Notes under the pieces: model-generated
Told to the model about the DNA's origin: nothing
The model's input: only the letters and a program-made list of their open reading frames with translations
Databases searched by the model: none
Shown here: in pieces, positions 17,995-28,409 of the stretch
Position numbering within the stretch: position 1 is the first letter of the stretch
Layout of the letters: each line of letters begins with the position of its first letter
Position numbers and translations under genes: made by a program
Assembly (NCBI GenBank): GCA_017533175.1
Contig: JAFXIJ010000010.1
Coordinates: forward strand, 9,678-73,677
Reading direction: 5' to 3'
DNA: 64,000 nt
Source: Clostridia bacterium
Lineage (GTDB): Bacteria; Bacillota; Clostridia; Oscillospirales; Acutalibacteraceae

Positions 17995-19482
17995 ATGCGT
18001 TACAGCAGTACAAGAGATAAGAATGCAACGGCTTCGGCTGCCGAGGCTATCGCTCACGGAATTTCGGTTGAGGGCGGACTTTTTGTGCCCGATACTATTC
18101 CTGTGTTTAAAAAGGAAGATTTTGACAAACTGAGAAGCCTTGATTATGTAGGCAGAGCTAAATATGTTTTAAAACAGTTTTTGACCGATTTTTCTGATGA
18201 AGAAATTTCTCTTTGTGCTATGGGCGCATATAAGGGCAATTTTGATGAGGACAAGCCGGCACCTGTAAAGTCACTTGATGATACAACTCATATTCTTGAG
18301 CTTTGGCACGGGCCTACATGTGCTTTTAAGGATTTGGCTTTACAAATTCTACCGTATCTGCTTACAACCTCGGCAAGAAAGGTTTCTGATGGTAAAAAAA
18401 CGGTTATTCTTGTTGCAACCTCGGGAGATACGGGAAAAGCCGCATTAGAAGGCTTTTGTGATGTTGAAAACACCGAAATTTTGGTCTTCTATCCTAATGA
18501 CGGCGTAAGCGAAATGCAGCAGCTTCAAATGAATACCCAAAAGGGCGATAATGTGTATGTATGCGCCATAAACGGTAATTTTGATGATGCTCAAACAGGT
18601 GTAAAAACAATTTTTACCGATTCATCAGTTAAAGAAGTGCTTAAAAAGAATAATATGGAGTTTTCAAGTGCAAACTCTATAAACTGGGGAAGACTTGCAC
18701 CTCAAATTATATACTATATTTCGGCCTATTTGGAGCTTTTGGATAAAGGCGTAGATTTAAGCGACGGCTTTAATGTAGCAGTACCTACGGGCAATTTCGG
18801 CAATATTCTTGCAGCCTACTATGCAAAAGTTATGGGCGTTCCGATAAACAAGCTTATATGCGCTTCCAATTCAAATAATGTGCTTACAGATTTTCTGTCT
18901 AACGGCACATACGACCGCAACAGAGAGTTTTATACAACCATATCTCCCTCGATGGATATTCTAATTTCCAGCAACCTTGAAAGAATGCTCTATGAGCTTA
19001 CAGGACATAATGATAAGCTTATAAAAGAGTGGCAGGATTGCCTTAAAGAAACAGGAAAATACGCGGTAAACAAAGAAACTTTTGCAAGACTTAAAGAGCT
19101 TTTCTTCGGCGGCTGCTGTGACGAGGAGGAAACCTCCGCTACCATTAAAGAAACCTTTGAAAAATATGGTTATTTAATTGATACTCATACTGCGGTTGCA
19201 GTTAAGGTTTATGGGGACTATAAAAACGAAAGCGGTGACACAAGACCTGTGGTAATTGCTTCGACTGCCAGTCCTTACAAATTTGCAAAAAGCGTGCTTG
19301 AAAGTCTCGGTGGCAGTGTGCCCGAAGATGAGTTTTCGGCTGTTGATATGTTGTCAAAGCTTACAAAAACCGTAGTTCCAACACCACTTGCAGCCTTGAA
19401 AAATGCTGATATCAGATTTAACAATGTTTGCGAAAAGCAGGATATGAACAAGGTGGTTCTTGACCGCTTGGGTATTAAATAA
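17995..19482 (+). CDS. thrC: Threonine synthase
   Basis: PLP-lysine motif GPTCAFKDLALQ and TSGDTGKA are present. Start set to ATG 17995, 5 nt after GGAGG. Confidence 0.92.
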   Translation: MRYSSTRDKNATASAAEAIAHGISVEGGLFVPDTIPVFKKEDFDKLRSLDYVGRAKYVLKQFLTDFSDEEISLCAMGAYKGNFDEDKPAPVKSLDDTTHILELWHGPTCAFKDLALQILPYLLTTSARKVSDGKKTVILVATSGDTGKAALEGFCDVENTEILVFYPNDGVSEMQQLQMNTQKGDNVYVCAINGNFDDAQTGVKTIFTDSSVKEVLKKNNMEFSSANSINWGRLAPQIIYYISAYLELLDKGVDLSDGFNVAVPTGNFGNILAAYYAKVMGVPINKLICASNSNNVLTDFLSNGTYDRNREFYTTISPSMDILISSNLERMLYELTGHNDKLIKEWQDCLKETGKYAVNKETFARLKELFFGGCCDEEETSATIKETFEKYGYLIDTHTAVAVKVYGDYKNESGDTRPVVIASTASPYKFAKSVLESLGGSVPEDEFSAVDMLSKLTKTVVPTPLAALKNADIRFNNVCEKQDMNKVVLDRLGIK

Positions 19483-19531
19483 AAGGAAAAAGCCCACCTA
19501 ACAGAAATACCCGTTAGGTAGGCTTTTCCTT
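19483..19531. terminator. Bidirectional terminator between convergent thrC and DUF1540 gene
   Basis: AGCCCACCTAAC-10 nt-GTTAGGTAGGCT, flanked by A-rich and T-rich runs. Confidence 0.75.
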
Positions 19532-19533
19532 AT

Positions 19534-19707
19534 TTAGTACTTCGCTTTAAATGTTTCACAAGCAGTGTCACTGCTGGTAGAGCAGTTGCCGCGACCTACC
19601 TCAATGCAGCCTGCTTCGCACTTATTTCCCTCACGGTGATATGTGCAGTTTACAACATCGCACTTAATGCCGGAAATAATGTGATTTTCACAATTTTTGT
19701 TTTCCAT
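19534..19707 (-). CDS. Small Cys-rich DUF1540-like protein (57 aa), absent from supplied ORF track
   Basis: Manual translation gives MENKNCENHIISGIKCDVVNCTYHREGNKCEAGCIEVGRGNCSTSSDTACETFKAKY. AAAGGAGG RBS lies about 7 nt upstream. The repeated CxxxxC...C pattern is typical of DUF1540. It is followed by the shared terminator with thrC. Confidence 0.8.
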   Translation of the reverse strand: MENKNCENHIISGIKCDVVNCTYHREGNKCEAGCIEVGRGNCSTSSDTACETFKAKY

Positions 19708-19803
19708 TTTAAAGTCCTCCTTTTTGACCTGTTGGTCAAGATTATTTTATACTAAAAATGTTACAATATACTTAATAAATTCAAATAAAAAAGAGGTGAT
19801 TTT

Positions 19804-20481
19804 TTGAGCATTTATGCAATATCAGACCTGCATTTATCCCTTGGTACAAACAAGCCGATGGATATTTTCGGTTGGGATAATCATACTGAGCGAATTCGTG
19901 CAAACTGGCTTCGCATTGTAAAGGAAAGTGACACAGTAGTTCTGCCGGGAGATTTTTCTTGGGGCTTAAAGCTTGAAGAATCGCTTGAAGATTTCAAGTT
20001 TTTAGAATCACTTCCGGGTAAAAAGGTAATTTTAAAGGGAAATCATGACCTTTGGTGGTCAACCGTGAAAAAGGTGCAGGAATTTTTTAAACAAAACGAC
20101 ATTTTATCGGTCAGCCTTGTTTTTAATAATTCTTATGAGTGCGGTGAGCATGTCATTTGCGGAACTCGTGGCTGGTGTTTTCCTGAAAACGGAGCCGACA
20201 AAAAAATTATTGCCCGAGAGGTCGGAAGGCTTAAAGCCTCATTGGAATCGGGCTTAAAAACCGGACTTAAACCTCTTGTTTTTTTGCATTATCCACCTGC
20301 CTACGCAGAAGATAAGTGCCAGGAAATAATTGACATTTTAAAAGAGTATCACATTGATACTGTCTTCCACGGACATATTCACGGCAAAGGATTTAACCGT
20401 TCAATAGGAGAATGCGAGGGAATAAAGCTTAAACTTATTTCCTCTGATTGTATAGATTTCACGCCCTATTTCATCGTTTGA
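19804..20481 (+). CDS. Metallophosphoesterase
   Basis: 225 aa with SDLHLS, GDFSW, GNHDLWW and HGHIHG motifs. TTG start after GAGGTG. Confidence 0.85.
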   Translation: MSIYAISDLHLSLGTNKPMDIFGWDNHTERIRANWLRIVKESDTVVLPGDFSWGLKLEESLEDFKFLESLPGKKVILKGNHDLWWSTVKKVQEFFKQNDILSVSLVFNNSYECGEHVICGTRGWCFPENGADKKIIAREVGRLKASLESGLKTGLKPLVFLHYPPAYAEDKCQEIIDILKEYHIDTVFHGHIHGKGFNRSIGECEGIKLKLISSDCIDFTPYFIV

Positions 20482-20582
20482 TAAAACTTTTGCTAAATTT
20501 TTCTAAAAATGAAAAAAAAGGGTAGAAAAAGAAATAATTTTATGCTATATTAATAGTTGATAATTTTATCGGAGGTATAAAT

Positions 20583-21986
20583 ATGAGTTTAAAAGTTTCT
20601 AACAAGCTGGATACTAATAAGTATGAGCTTGAAATTACCGTTGACGGAGAATCTTTCAGAGAAGCTATTCGTGCGGTATATGCAAAAGAGGCGCAGAACA
20701 TTACCGTTAAGGGATTCAGAAAGGGTAAAGCTCCGCTTCACATGGTAGAAAAAATGTATGGCGAGGCTGTGTTCTTTGAGGATGCGATAAATTTCCTTTA
20801 TGAAGACCTTCTCTTAGGTGCTGTTGATGAGGCAGGCTTAAAGCTTGTTGATGTTGAGAAGACCGAAATTACATCTATCAGCAAGGCAGACGGTGCCGAG
20901 CTTAAAGTTGTAGTTATTGTTGAGCCTGAGGTTGAGCTCGGTGACTACAAAGGTATTGCAGTAGAGCGTGTTATTCCGGTTGTTACCGATGATGAGGTAA
21001 AAGAGGAAATAGACCGTCTTGCTGACAGAAATTCAAGAATTGTTACCGTAGAAGGCAGAGCTGCCGCTATGGGTGATATGACAGTCATTGATTTCGAGGG
21101 CTTTGTTGACGGCGTTGCTTTTGACGGCGGCAAGGGCGAAGGCTATACCTTAACTCTTGGCTCAGGACAGTTTATTCCAGGATTTGAGGAGCAGATTGTC
21201 GGAAAGAATACAGGCGATGAGTTTGATGTAAATGTAACCTTCCCAACCGAATATCAAGCAGAGGAGCTTGCAGGCAAGGATGCAACATTTAAGTGTAAGC
21301 TTCACGAGATTAAGGCAAAGGAAATGCCTGAAATTGATGACGAGTTTGCTAAGGATGTAAGCGAATTTGATACCCTTGATGCTCTTAAAGAAGACATTAA
21401 GGCAAAAGCCTTGGAGCGCAAAACTAAGGCAGCTGATGAGGATGTTGAAAACCGCTTAATCGAGGCTGTTGTTGAAGGAATGAAGGCTGAAATCCCCGAA
21501 GCTATGTTTGAAAACCGTTCAAACGAGTCGGTCAGAGAATTTGATTACAGACTCAGAAGTCAGGGCATGGACCTCAACACCTATCTCAAATACACAGGCT
21601 CTACCGTAGAGGATTTGAAGGCTTCCTTCCGTCCTCAAAGTGAGAAGCAGGTAAAAATGCGCTTAGCTCTTGAAAAGATTGTAGAGCTTGAAAATATTGT
21701 ACCCTCTGATGAGGATATCTCAGCAGAGTATGAAAAGCTGACAACTATGTATGGCGTATCATTAGAGCAGGTTAAGGCATCGATTGATGAAAAGACACTT
21801 GCAGGTGATATTGCTATGAATAAGGCAATAGATTTTGTAAAGGCATCGGCAAAAATTTCCGACGTAGAAAAGAGAAGCGAGGAAAAGAAGGCACCTGCTA
21901 AGAAACCCGCAGCTAAGAAGACAACTTCTACCGCTAAGAAGCCTGCGGCTAAAAAGAGCGAAGTAAAAGAGGAAACGGCTGAATAA
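20583..21986 (+). CDS. tig: Trigger factor
   Basis: 467 aa with the ribosome-binding motif GFRKGKAP and an FKBP-type middle domain (GQFIPGFEEQIVG). Lys/Ala-rich tail. tig-clpP-clpX synteny. Confidence 0.95.
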   Translation: MSLKVSNKLDTNKYELEITVDGESFREAIRAVYAKEAQNITVKGFRKGKAPLHMVEKMYGEAVFFEDAINFLYEDLLLGAVDEAGLKLVDVEKTEITSISKADGAELKVVVIVEPEVELGDYKGIAVERVIPVVTDDEVKEEIDRLADRNSRIVTVEGRAAAMGDMTVIDFEGFVDGVAFDGGKGEGYTLTLGSGQFIPGFEEQIVGKNTGDEFDVNVTFPTEYQAEELAGKDATFKCKLHEIKAKEMPEIDDEFAKDVSEFDTLDALKEDIKAKALERKTKAADEDVENRLIEAVVEGMKAEIPEAMFENRSNESVREFDYRLRSQGMDLNTYLKYTGSTVEDLKASFRPQSEKQVKMRLALEKIVELENIVPSDEDISAEYEKLTTMYGVSLEQVKASIDEKTLAGDIAMNKAIDFVKASAKISDVEKRSEEKKAPAKKPAAKKTTSTAKKPAAKKSEVKEETAE

Positions 21987-22049
21987 TTGTTTATAATTTT
22001 CGGCTTGCGGCAATATTATTGATTGAAGAAATAATTTTGAGGTGATTTT

Positions 22050-22634
22050 ATGGGTATGACAATACCGTATGTTGTTGAACAAACCAGCAGGGGAGAGCGT
22101 TCCTATGACATCTTTTCCCGTCTTTTAAACGATAGAATTATTATGCTTCCCGACCAGGTTGATAACGCCTCTGCAAGTCTAATAATTGCACAGCTTTTAT
22201 ATCTTGAAGGACAGGACCCCGAAAAGGATATCAACTTTTACATTAATAGCCCCGGCGGAAGCGTTTCTGCCGGAATGGCTATTTATGATACAATGCAGTA
22301 CATTAAGTGCGATGTTAGCACAATTTGTATCGGTATGGCGGCAAGTATGGGCGCATTTTTGCTTGCTGCGGGCACAAAGGGAAAGCGTTATGCACTTCCC
22401 AACAGTGAAATTATGATTCACCAGCCCCTCGGCGGAACAAAGGGGCAGGCAACAGATATTCTTATCCATGCCCGTCATATTGAAAAGACAAGAAATACAC
22501 TTAATAAAATTTTATCCGAGCGCACAGGCCAGCCTATTGAAAAGATTGAGCTTGACACCGAAAGAGATAACTTTATGTCGGCAGCCGAAGCGCTTGAATA
22601 CGGAATAATCGATAAAGTAATAGAAAAGAGATAA
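22050..22634 (+). CDS. clpP: ATP-dependent Clp protease proteolytic subunit
   Basis: 194 aa containing [11 protein letters not shown] and [14 protein letters not shown] (catalytic Ser), plus IHQPLGG. Confidence 0.97.
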   Translation: MGMTIPYVVEQTSRGERSYDIFSRLLNDRIIMLPDQVDNASASLIIAQLLYLEGQDPEKDINFYINSPGGSVSAGMAIYDTMQYIKCDVSTICIGMAASMGAFLLAAGTKGKRYALPNSEIMIHQPLGGTKGQATDILIHARHIEKTRNTLNKILSERTGQPIEKIELDTERDNFMSAAEALEYGIIDKVIEKR

Positions 22635-22644
22635 GAAGAAAGCT

Positions 22645-23919
22645 ATGCCAAACGGAAACAATCTAAATAGCACTGTATGTTGTTCTTTCTGCGGTAAGAC
22701 CGAAACACAGGTAGAACGTCTCATTGAGGGACCCGGTGTATATATTTGTGATGAGTGTGTTGAGTTTTGCAGTTCGATTCTATATCCCGAGGAAATTCCA
22801 AGCGCAAAAAGGAAATCGGCTAAGTCCTCGCCTAAGGAATTTATTCTTCCAAAGCCGCACGAAATCAAGGCAAGTCTTGATGAGTATGTAATAGGTCAGG
22901 AAGAAGCAAAAATTACGCTGGCGGTGGCCGTTTATAATCATTATAAGCGCATATTTAAGGCGGATGACAGTGGAGTTGAGCTTAATAAAAGCAATGTTTT
23001 GCTGCTTGGTCCCACAGGTGTAGGCAAGACCTTGCTCGCTCAGACATTGGCAAAATCTATTGGTGTACCCTTTGCTATTACAGACGCTACAACTCTAACC
23101 GAAGCAGGATATGTCGGCGAGGATGTCGAAAATATTTTGTTAAGACTTATCCAGGCAGCAGATTTTGATATTGCAAGGGCTGAACGTGGAATTATCTATA
23201 TTGATGAGATAGATAAAATCGCTAGAAAGAGCGAGAACACCTCTATCACACGCGATGTAAGTGGTGAGGGTGTTCAGCAGGCTATGCTCAAAATTTTAGA
23301 GGGAACGGTTGCAAATGTGCCTCCCCAGGGAGGAAGAAAGCATCCACAGCAGGAGTTTATTCAGATAAACACATCAAACATTCTCTTTATCTGCGGCGGT
23401 GCGTTTGATGGAATTGATAAGATAGTTGAGAGAAGAAAGGGCGGTTCAAGCCTCGGCTTTGAGCAAGACATAAAGTCAAAAAGTGAGCTTGAAGCGGCGG
23501 ATTTTTATAAGGATGTAACCCACAGAGATTTAGTTAAGTACGGAATTATTCCCGAGCTTGTGGGAAGAATTCCCGTAATTACTGCACTTTCCGGTATGAA
23601 TAAAGAGGCTCTTATTCGTATTATGACAGAGCCTAAAAACTCAATTATAAAGCAGTATAAGGCGCTTTTCGCTCTTGATGGGGTGGAGCTTGTATTTGAG
23701 GATGAGGCGCTTGAAAAAATTGCCGAGCTTACCATTGAGCGCAAAACTGGGGCCCGCGGTCTTCGTTCAATAATAGAGGCCATTTTAAAGCAGCCAATGT
23801 ATGACACACCTTCTGAGGACGGGGTTGAAAGGATAATAATAACCGCTCAAACCGTTAGTGGAGGAGAACCCAAAAAGGTTTTAAAACAGAAAAAATCAAA
23901 CAAAAAGCTCGAAGCTTAA
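22645..23919 (+). CDS. clpX: ATP-dependent Clp protease ATP-binding subunit ClpX
   Basis: 424 aa with a zinc finger (CSFCGK...CDEC), Walker A (GPTGVGKT), IYIDEIDK and GARGLRS. Confidence 0.97.
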   Translation: MPNGNNLNSTVCCSFCGKTETQVERLIEGPGVYICDECVEFCSSILYPEEIPSAKRKSAKSSPKEFILPKPHEIKASLDEYVIGQEEAKITLAVAVYNHYKRIFKADDSGVELNKSNVLLLGPTGVGKTLLAQTLAKSIGVPFAITDATTLTEAGYVGEDVENILLRLIQAADFDIARAERGIIYIDEIDKIARKSENTSITRDVSGEGVQQAMLKILEGTVANVPPQGGRKHPQQEFIQINTSNILFICGGAFDGIDKIVERRKGGSSLGFEQDIKSKSELEAADFYKDVTHRDLVKYGIIPELVGRIPVITALSGMNKEALIRIMTEPKNSIIKQYKALFALDGVELVFEDEALEKIAELTIERKTGARGLRSIIEAILKQPMYDTPSEDGVERIIITAQTVSGGEPKKVLKQKKSNKKLEA

Positions 23920-23934
23920 AGCTACGAGCTTTTT
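23902..23934 (+). terminator. Terminator after clpX (stop codon in loop)
   Basis: AAAAAGCTCG...CGAGCTTTTT with an inner AGCT/AGCT stem. Confidence 0.7.
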
Positions 23935-23950
23935 TACTTGCCTGACTAAA

Positions 23951-23988
23951 TATGCAAAATATGCAATAGTTATGCATAAATATGCGTA
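23951..23988 (+). promoter_or_regulatory. Tandem ARG boxes (ArgR/AhrC operator pair)
   Basis: TATGCAAAATATGCAATA - gt - TATGCATAAATATGCGTA: two 18-bp boxes separated by 2 bp, about 100 bp upstream of the arg promoter. Confidence 0.65.
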
Positions 23989-24066
23989 AAATTAAACAAT
24001 TCATAACCTCAAAGAAAAGACCAATATAATAATTATATATAAAAATATAACAAAACGAAAAAAAGA

Positions 24067-24095
24067 CTTGACAAAACAGGATAAATGTTGCATAA
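24067..24095 (+). promoter_or_regulatory. Sigma-A promoter of argGCJBDF
   Basis: TTGACA-17 nt-CATAAT. Confidence 0.6.
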
Positions 24096-24101
24096 TTATG
24101 C
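24088..24101 (+). promoter_or_regulatory. Promoter-proximal ARG box (perfect 14-bp palindrome)
   Basis: TGCATAATTATGCA overlaps the -10 hexamer. Confidence 0.65.
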
Positions 24102-24150
24102 ACGGTGATTACAAAGTGGAAACTCCACTTTTTTAACGGAGGAAAATGAA

Positions 24151-25383
24151 ATGGATAAATCAAAAATCAAAAAGGTAGTTCTCGCATATTCAGGCGGACT
24201 TGACACCTCTATTATAATTCCGTGGCTCAAAGAAAACTACAACAACTGTGAGGTTATTGCAGTTTCAGGTGACGTAGGTCAGGGAACAGAGCTTGACGGA
24301 CTTGAAGAAAAGGCTATTAAAACAGGCGCATCAAAGCTTTATGTGCTCGATCTTAAAAAAGAATATGTTGAGGACTTTATTTGGCCCTGTCTTAAAGCAG
24401 GAGCTGACTATGAGAGCTATCTGCTCGGCACCTCGCACGCACGCCCCTGTATAGCAAAGGGCTTGGCTGAAATAGCTATCAAAGAGGGCGCAGACGCTAT
24501 TTGCCATGGCTGTACCGGAAAGGGTAACGATCAGGTTCGTTTCGAGCTTACTTTAAAAGCTTTTTGTCCCGAAATGGAAATTATCGCTCCTTGGCGCGAA
24601 TGGGATATTAAGTCCCGTGAGGAAGAAATTGAGTATGCTGAGGCTCACAATATTCCCTTAAAAATCAACCGAGAAACAAACTACTCAAAGGATAAGAATA
24701 TATGGCATCTATCACACGAGGGTCTTGACCTAGAAGACCCCGCAAACGAGCCAATGTATTCAAAAGAGGGATTTCTTGAATTAGGCGTTTCTCCCGAGAT
24801 GGCACCTGATACTCCCACCTATGTAACAATACATTTTGAGAAGGGTATTCCCACATCTATTGACGGCGAAAAGCTTAATGCAGTAAGCATGGTTGAAAAG
24901 CTTAATAATATCGGCGGAGCAAACGGTATAGGACTTCTTGATATAGTTGAAAACCGTCTAGTAGGAATGAAGAGCCGCGGCGTATATGAAACTCCGGGAG
25001 GAGCAATTCTTTACAAGGCACACGAGTTGCTTGAAATGCTTTGCCTTGACCGTGAAACCTCTCACTACAAAAAATTAGTTGCTCAAAAATTCGGTGAGCT
25101 TGTTTATTTCGGTCAGTGGTTTACTCCTCTTCGCGAGGCAATCTCTGCTTTTGTTGATAAAACACAGGAAACCGTAACGGGAGATGTAAAGCTCAAGCTC
25201 TATAAAGGAAACATAATTAACGCAGGTGTTACCTCGCCTTATACACTTTATGATGAAGAGGTTGCTTCATTTGGTGATGATGGCGGTGCGTATGACCAAA
25301 AAGATTCAGCAGGATTTATTAACCTTTTCGGTCTTCCCATTAAGGTTAAAGCTATGCTTGATAAGAAAAGAGAAGGAAAATAA
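24151..25383 (+). CDS. argG: Argininosuccinate synthase
   Basis: 410 aa with AYSGGLDTS and [14 protein letters not shown]. Confidence 0.96.
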   Translation: MDKSKIKKVVLAYSGGLDTSIIIPWLKENYNNCEVIAVSGDVGQGTELDGLEEKAIKTGASKLYVLDLKKEYVEDFIWPCLKAGADYESYLLGTSHARPCIAKGLAEIAIKEGADAICHGCTGKGNDQVRFELTLKAFCPEMEIIAPWREWDIKSREEEIEYAEAHNIPLKINRETNYSKDKNIWHLSHEGLDLEDPANEPMYSKEGFLELGVSPEMAPDTPTYVTIHFEKGIPTSIDGEKLNAVSMVEKLNNIGGANGIGLLDIVENRLVGMKSRGVYETPGGAILYKAHELLEMLCLDRETSHYKKLVAQKFGELVYFGQWFTPLREAISAFVDKTQETVTGDVKLKLYKGNIINAGVTSPYTLYDEEVASFGDDGGAYDQKDSAGFINLFGLPIKVKAMLDKKREGK

Positions 25384-26312
25384 TGAAAAAGGTTTTTATA
25401 GACGGCAGTCAGGGCACAACCGGACTTAGAATATATGACCGTTTAAGCAGGCGTAACGATATACAGCTAATCTCACTACCTGATGAGCTCAGAAAGGATA
25501 CTGCCGCCAGAGCCGAAATTATAAATTCCTCGGATATAACATTTCTTTGTTTGCCTGATGCTGCCGCAATTGAGGCAGCAGGTATGGCAAATGATAACGT
25601 AATAATATTTGACACCTCCACTGCTCATCGTACAGATGCGCAGTGGATTTACGGTTTTCCCGAGGTTTTTAATGACGGCGCAGAAAGGCTGGAAAAAGCC
25701 AACAGAATAGCTGTTCCGGGTTGTCACGCAAGCGGATTTATAGCACTGACAAAACCTCTTGTTGATGCAGGCATTTTAGATAAAGATGCACTTATCACCT
25801 GCCACTCCATAACGGGGTATTCTGGCGGCGGCAAGAAGATGATAGCAGAGTATGAGGATTCAGACAGGGATATTTTGCTTGACGCTCCCAGACAGTACGG
25901 ACTTACTCAAAATCATAAGCATTTAAAAGAAATGAAAGCAGTGTCGGGACTTTCTAACACTCCGATTTTTTGCCCCATAGTTTCCGACTTTTACAGCGGA
26001 ATGTGTGTTACCGTGCCGCTCTTTAAAGAGCAGCTTAAAAAAGGTGCCGATATAAATACTGTAAGACAGCTTTTCAAGGAAAGATACACAGGACCCGTTG
26101 TAAGATATTTCGAAGACGCTTGTGAGTCAGGATTTGCTTCTGCTAATAAAATAAGCGGAAGTGATGCCATGCAGATATTTGTAGAGGGCAACGAGGACAG
26201 AATTTTGCTAATTGCCAGATACGATAATCTTGGCAAGGGCGCATCGGGAGCGGCAATTCAATGTATGAACATTGTACTAAAATCAGATATGACATTAGGA
26301 CTTGAATTATAA
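25383..26312 (+). CDS. argC: N-acetyl-gamma-glutamyl-phosphate reductase (short type)
   Basis: 309 aa with an active-site Cys context (VPGCHASG) and position in the arg operon. ATG overlaps the argG stop. Confidence 0.85.
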   Translation: MKKVFIDGSQGTTGLRIYDRLSRRNDIQLISLPDELRKDTAARAEIINSSDITFLCLPDAAAIEAAGMANDNVIIFDTSTAHRTDAQWIYGFPEVFNDGAERLEKANRIAVPGCHASGFIALTKPLVDAGILDKDALITCHSITGYSGGGKKMIAEYEDSDRDILLDAPRQYGLTQNHKHLKEMKAVSGLSNTPIFCPIVSDFYSGMCVTVPLFKEQLKKGADINTVRQLFKERYTGPVVRYFEDACESGFASANKISGSDAMQIFVEGNEDRILLIARYDNLGKGASGAAIQCMNIVLKSDMTLGLEL

Positions 26313-26327
26313 TTTTAGGAGCTTTTT

Positions 26328-27539
26328 ATGAAAATAATCAATGGCGGAGTTTGCGCGGCGCAGGGATTTAAGGCAAACGGTATCCACTGTGGAATACGCA
26401 AGAACCGTTCAAAAAAAGATTTAGCGCTCATTGTTAGCGAAAAAAGAGCGGCAGCAGCAGGTGTTTACACGACAAATCTTGTTAAAGGCGCACCGATTAC
26501 GGTAACCAAAAGGAATATACAAGACGGATACGCTTATGCTATTGTCTGCAACAGCGGAAATGCTAATACCTGCAATGCAAACGGTATCCAAATTGCCGAA
26601 AAAATGTGCAAAATAACCGCAGCAGAGCTAGGGCTTGATGAGAGCGATATTATCGTAGCCTCAACAGGTGTTATAGGTCAGCCTCTGGATATTGAGCCTA
26701 TTGAAAACGGTATGAAAAAGCTGGCAGAAGGGCTTGGAAACAACAGTCAATCGGCAGCAGAGGGAATTATGACCACCGATACAGTTCTTAAAGAGGTCGC
26801 TGTAAGCTTTACCATTAATGGTAAGGAATGCAGAATAGGCGGTATTGCAAAGGGCTCGGGTATGATACATCCCAATATGGCTACAATGCTTGTATTTATT
26901 ACTACCGATGTTTCAATTTCTCCCTCGATGCTTAGACAGGCTCTAAGCAACGATATAAAAACCACATTTAATATGGTGAGTGTTGACGGAGATACCTCCA
27001 CCAATGATATGGTAATGGTTCTTGCTAACGGTATGGCTGGTAATAATCAAATCACCACGAAGGGAGAGGACTTTGACACCTTTTGCAAAGCACTTAATAC
27101 AGTAAATGTTTATCTTTGCAGAATGATTGCAGGAGACGGCGAGGGAGCTACAAAGCTGCTTGAATGCAAGGTGTCAGGTGCAAAAAGTGACGGAGTCGCA
27201 AGAACCGTTGCAAAATCGGTCATCTGTTCCTCTCTTACTAAGGCGGCAATGTTTGGTGCCGATGCGAATTGGGGAAGGGTGCTTTGCGCAATAGGTTATA
27301 GCGGAGCTAATGTCGATGTCGAAAAAATCGATGTTTCGTTTAAATCTAAGGCAGGAGAAATCGAGGTTTGCAAAAATGGTGCAGGTGTTGATTTTTCAGA
27401 AGAAATCGCAAAGAAGATACTTTTAGAAGATGAAATAGAAATTCTCGTTTCTCTAAACGACGGAGAGTGTAATGCAACAGCCTGGGGCTGCGACCTGACT
27501 TATGATTATGTAAAAATTAACGGTGACTACCGAACATAA
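26328..27539 (+). CDS. argJ: Bifunctional ornithine acetyltransferase / N-acetylglutamate synthase
   Basis: 403 aa with the autoprocessing site PNMATMLVFITTD and GKGSGMIHP. Confidence 0.95.
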   Translation: MKIINGGVCAAQGFKANGIHCGIRKNRSKKDLALIVSEKRAAAAGVYTTNLVKGAPITVTKRNIQDGYAYAIVCNSGNANTCNANGIQIAEKMCKITAAELGLDESDIIVASTGVIGQPLDIEPIENGMKKLAEGLGNNSQSAAEGIMTTDTVLKEVAVSFTINGKECRIGGIAKGSGMIHPNMATMLVFITTDVSISPSMLRQALSNDIKTTFNMVSVDGDTSTNDMVMVLANGMAGNNQITTKGEDFDTFCKALNTVNVYLCRMIAGDGEGATKLLECKVSGAKSDGVARTVAKSVICSSLTKAAMFGADANWGRVLCAIGYSGANVDVEKIDVSFKSKAGEIEVCKNGAGVDFSEEIAKKILLEDEIEILVSLNDGECNATAWGCDLTYDYVKINGDYRT

Positions 27540-27553
27540 AAGAGGTAAAAAAG

Positions 27554-28408
27554 ATGATTACAAATGCTCAAAGGGCTGAAATACTTGTTCATGCCTTGCC
27601 CTACATAAAAAAATATGATGGCAAGATTATAGTTGTTAAGTATGGTGGAAATGCCATGATAAACGAAGAGCTTAAATCTGCCGTAATGGGCGATTTGGTT
27701 CTGCTTAATACAATTGGTATAAAGGTAGTGCTCGTGCATGGCGGAGGGCCCGAAATATCTGAAATGCTAAATAAGGTTGGCAAAAAGAGTGAGTTTGTAA
27801 ACGGACTTCGCGTTACAGATGCCGAAACTGCCGAAATAGTACAGATGGTGCTTGCGGGAAAGATTAATAAAACGCTTGTAAACCAACTGCAAAACAGCGG
27901 CGGGAAAGCTGTGGGCTTATCGGGTATGGACGGACATCTCATTGAGGCAAAGGTTAAGGATACTAAGCTTGGCTTTGTAGGAGAAATTACAAATATAAAT
28001 ATTGAGCCTGTAACCGACCTGCTTGAAAAGGGATACATCCCGGTTATTTCAACAGTCGGTTGTGATAAAAAGGGCAATGTTTACAATATTAATGCCGATA
28101 CTGCGGCGGCTAAAATAGCAAGTGAGCTTAGCGCAGAATCCCTTATTCTTATGACCGATATAGCAGGACTGCTTCGTGATAAGGATGATGAAAGCTCGCT
28201 TATTTCAAGCGTCTGCGTAAGCGAGGCGCCTCAGCTTATGCGAGAGGGAATAATCTCAGGCGGTATGATACCTAAGGTTGAGTGCTGTGTTGAGGCAATC
28301 CGTCAGGGTGTTAATAGGGTCTTCATTATAGACGGAAGAATACCTCACGCAATCTTAATAGAAACCCTTACCGATGAGGGAATTGGAACAATGCTCTACG
28401 GAGGATAA
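27554..28408 (+). CDS. argB: Acetylglutamate kinase
   Basis: 284 aa with VVKYGGNAM, VLVHGGGP and NINADTAA. Confidence 0.95.
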   Translation: MITNAQRAEILVHALPYIKKYDGKIIVVKYGGNAMINEELKSAVMGDLVLLNTIGIKVVLVHGGGPEISEMLNKVGKKSEFVNGLRVTDAETAEIVQMVLAGKINKTLVNQLQNSGGKAVGLSGMDGHLIEAKVKDTKLGFVGEITNINIEPVTDLLEKGYIPVISTVGCDKKGNVYNINADTAAAKIASELSAESLILMTDIAGLLRDKDDESSLISSVCVSEAPQLMREGIISGGMIPKVECCVEAIRQGVNRVFIIDGRIPHAILIETLTDEGIGTMLYGG

Positions 28409-28409
28409 A

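Noticed and set aside
21987-22049. Searched for a CtsR operator (GGTCAAA direct repeat) upstream of clpP.
   Set aside because: No match is seen in the 63-nt tig-clpP spacer, so no call was made.
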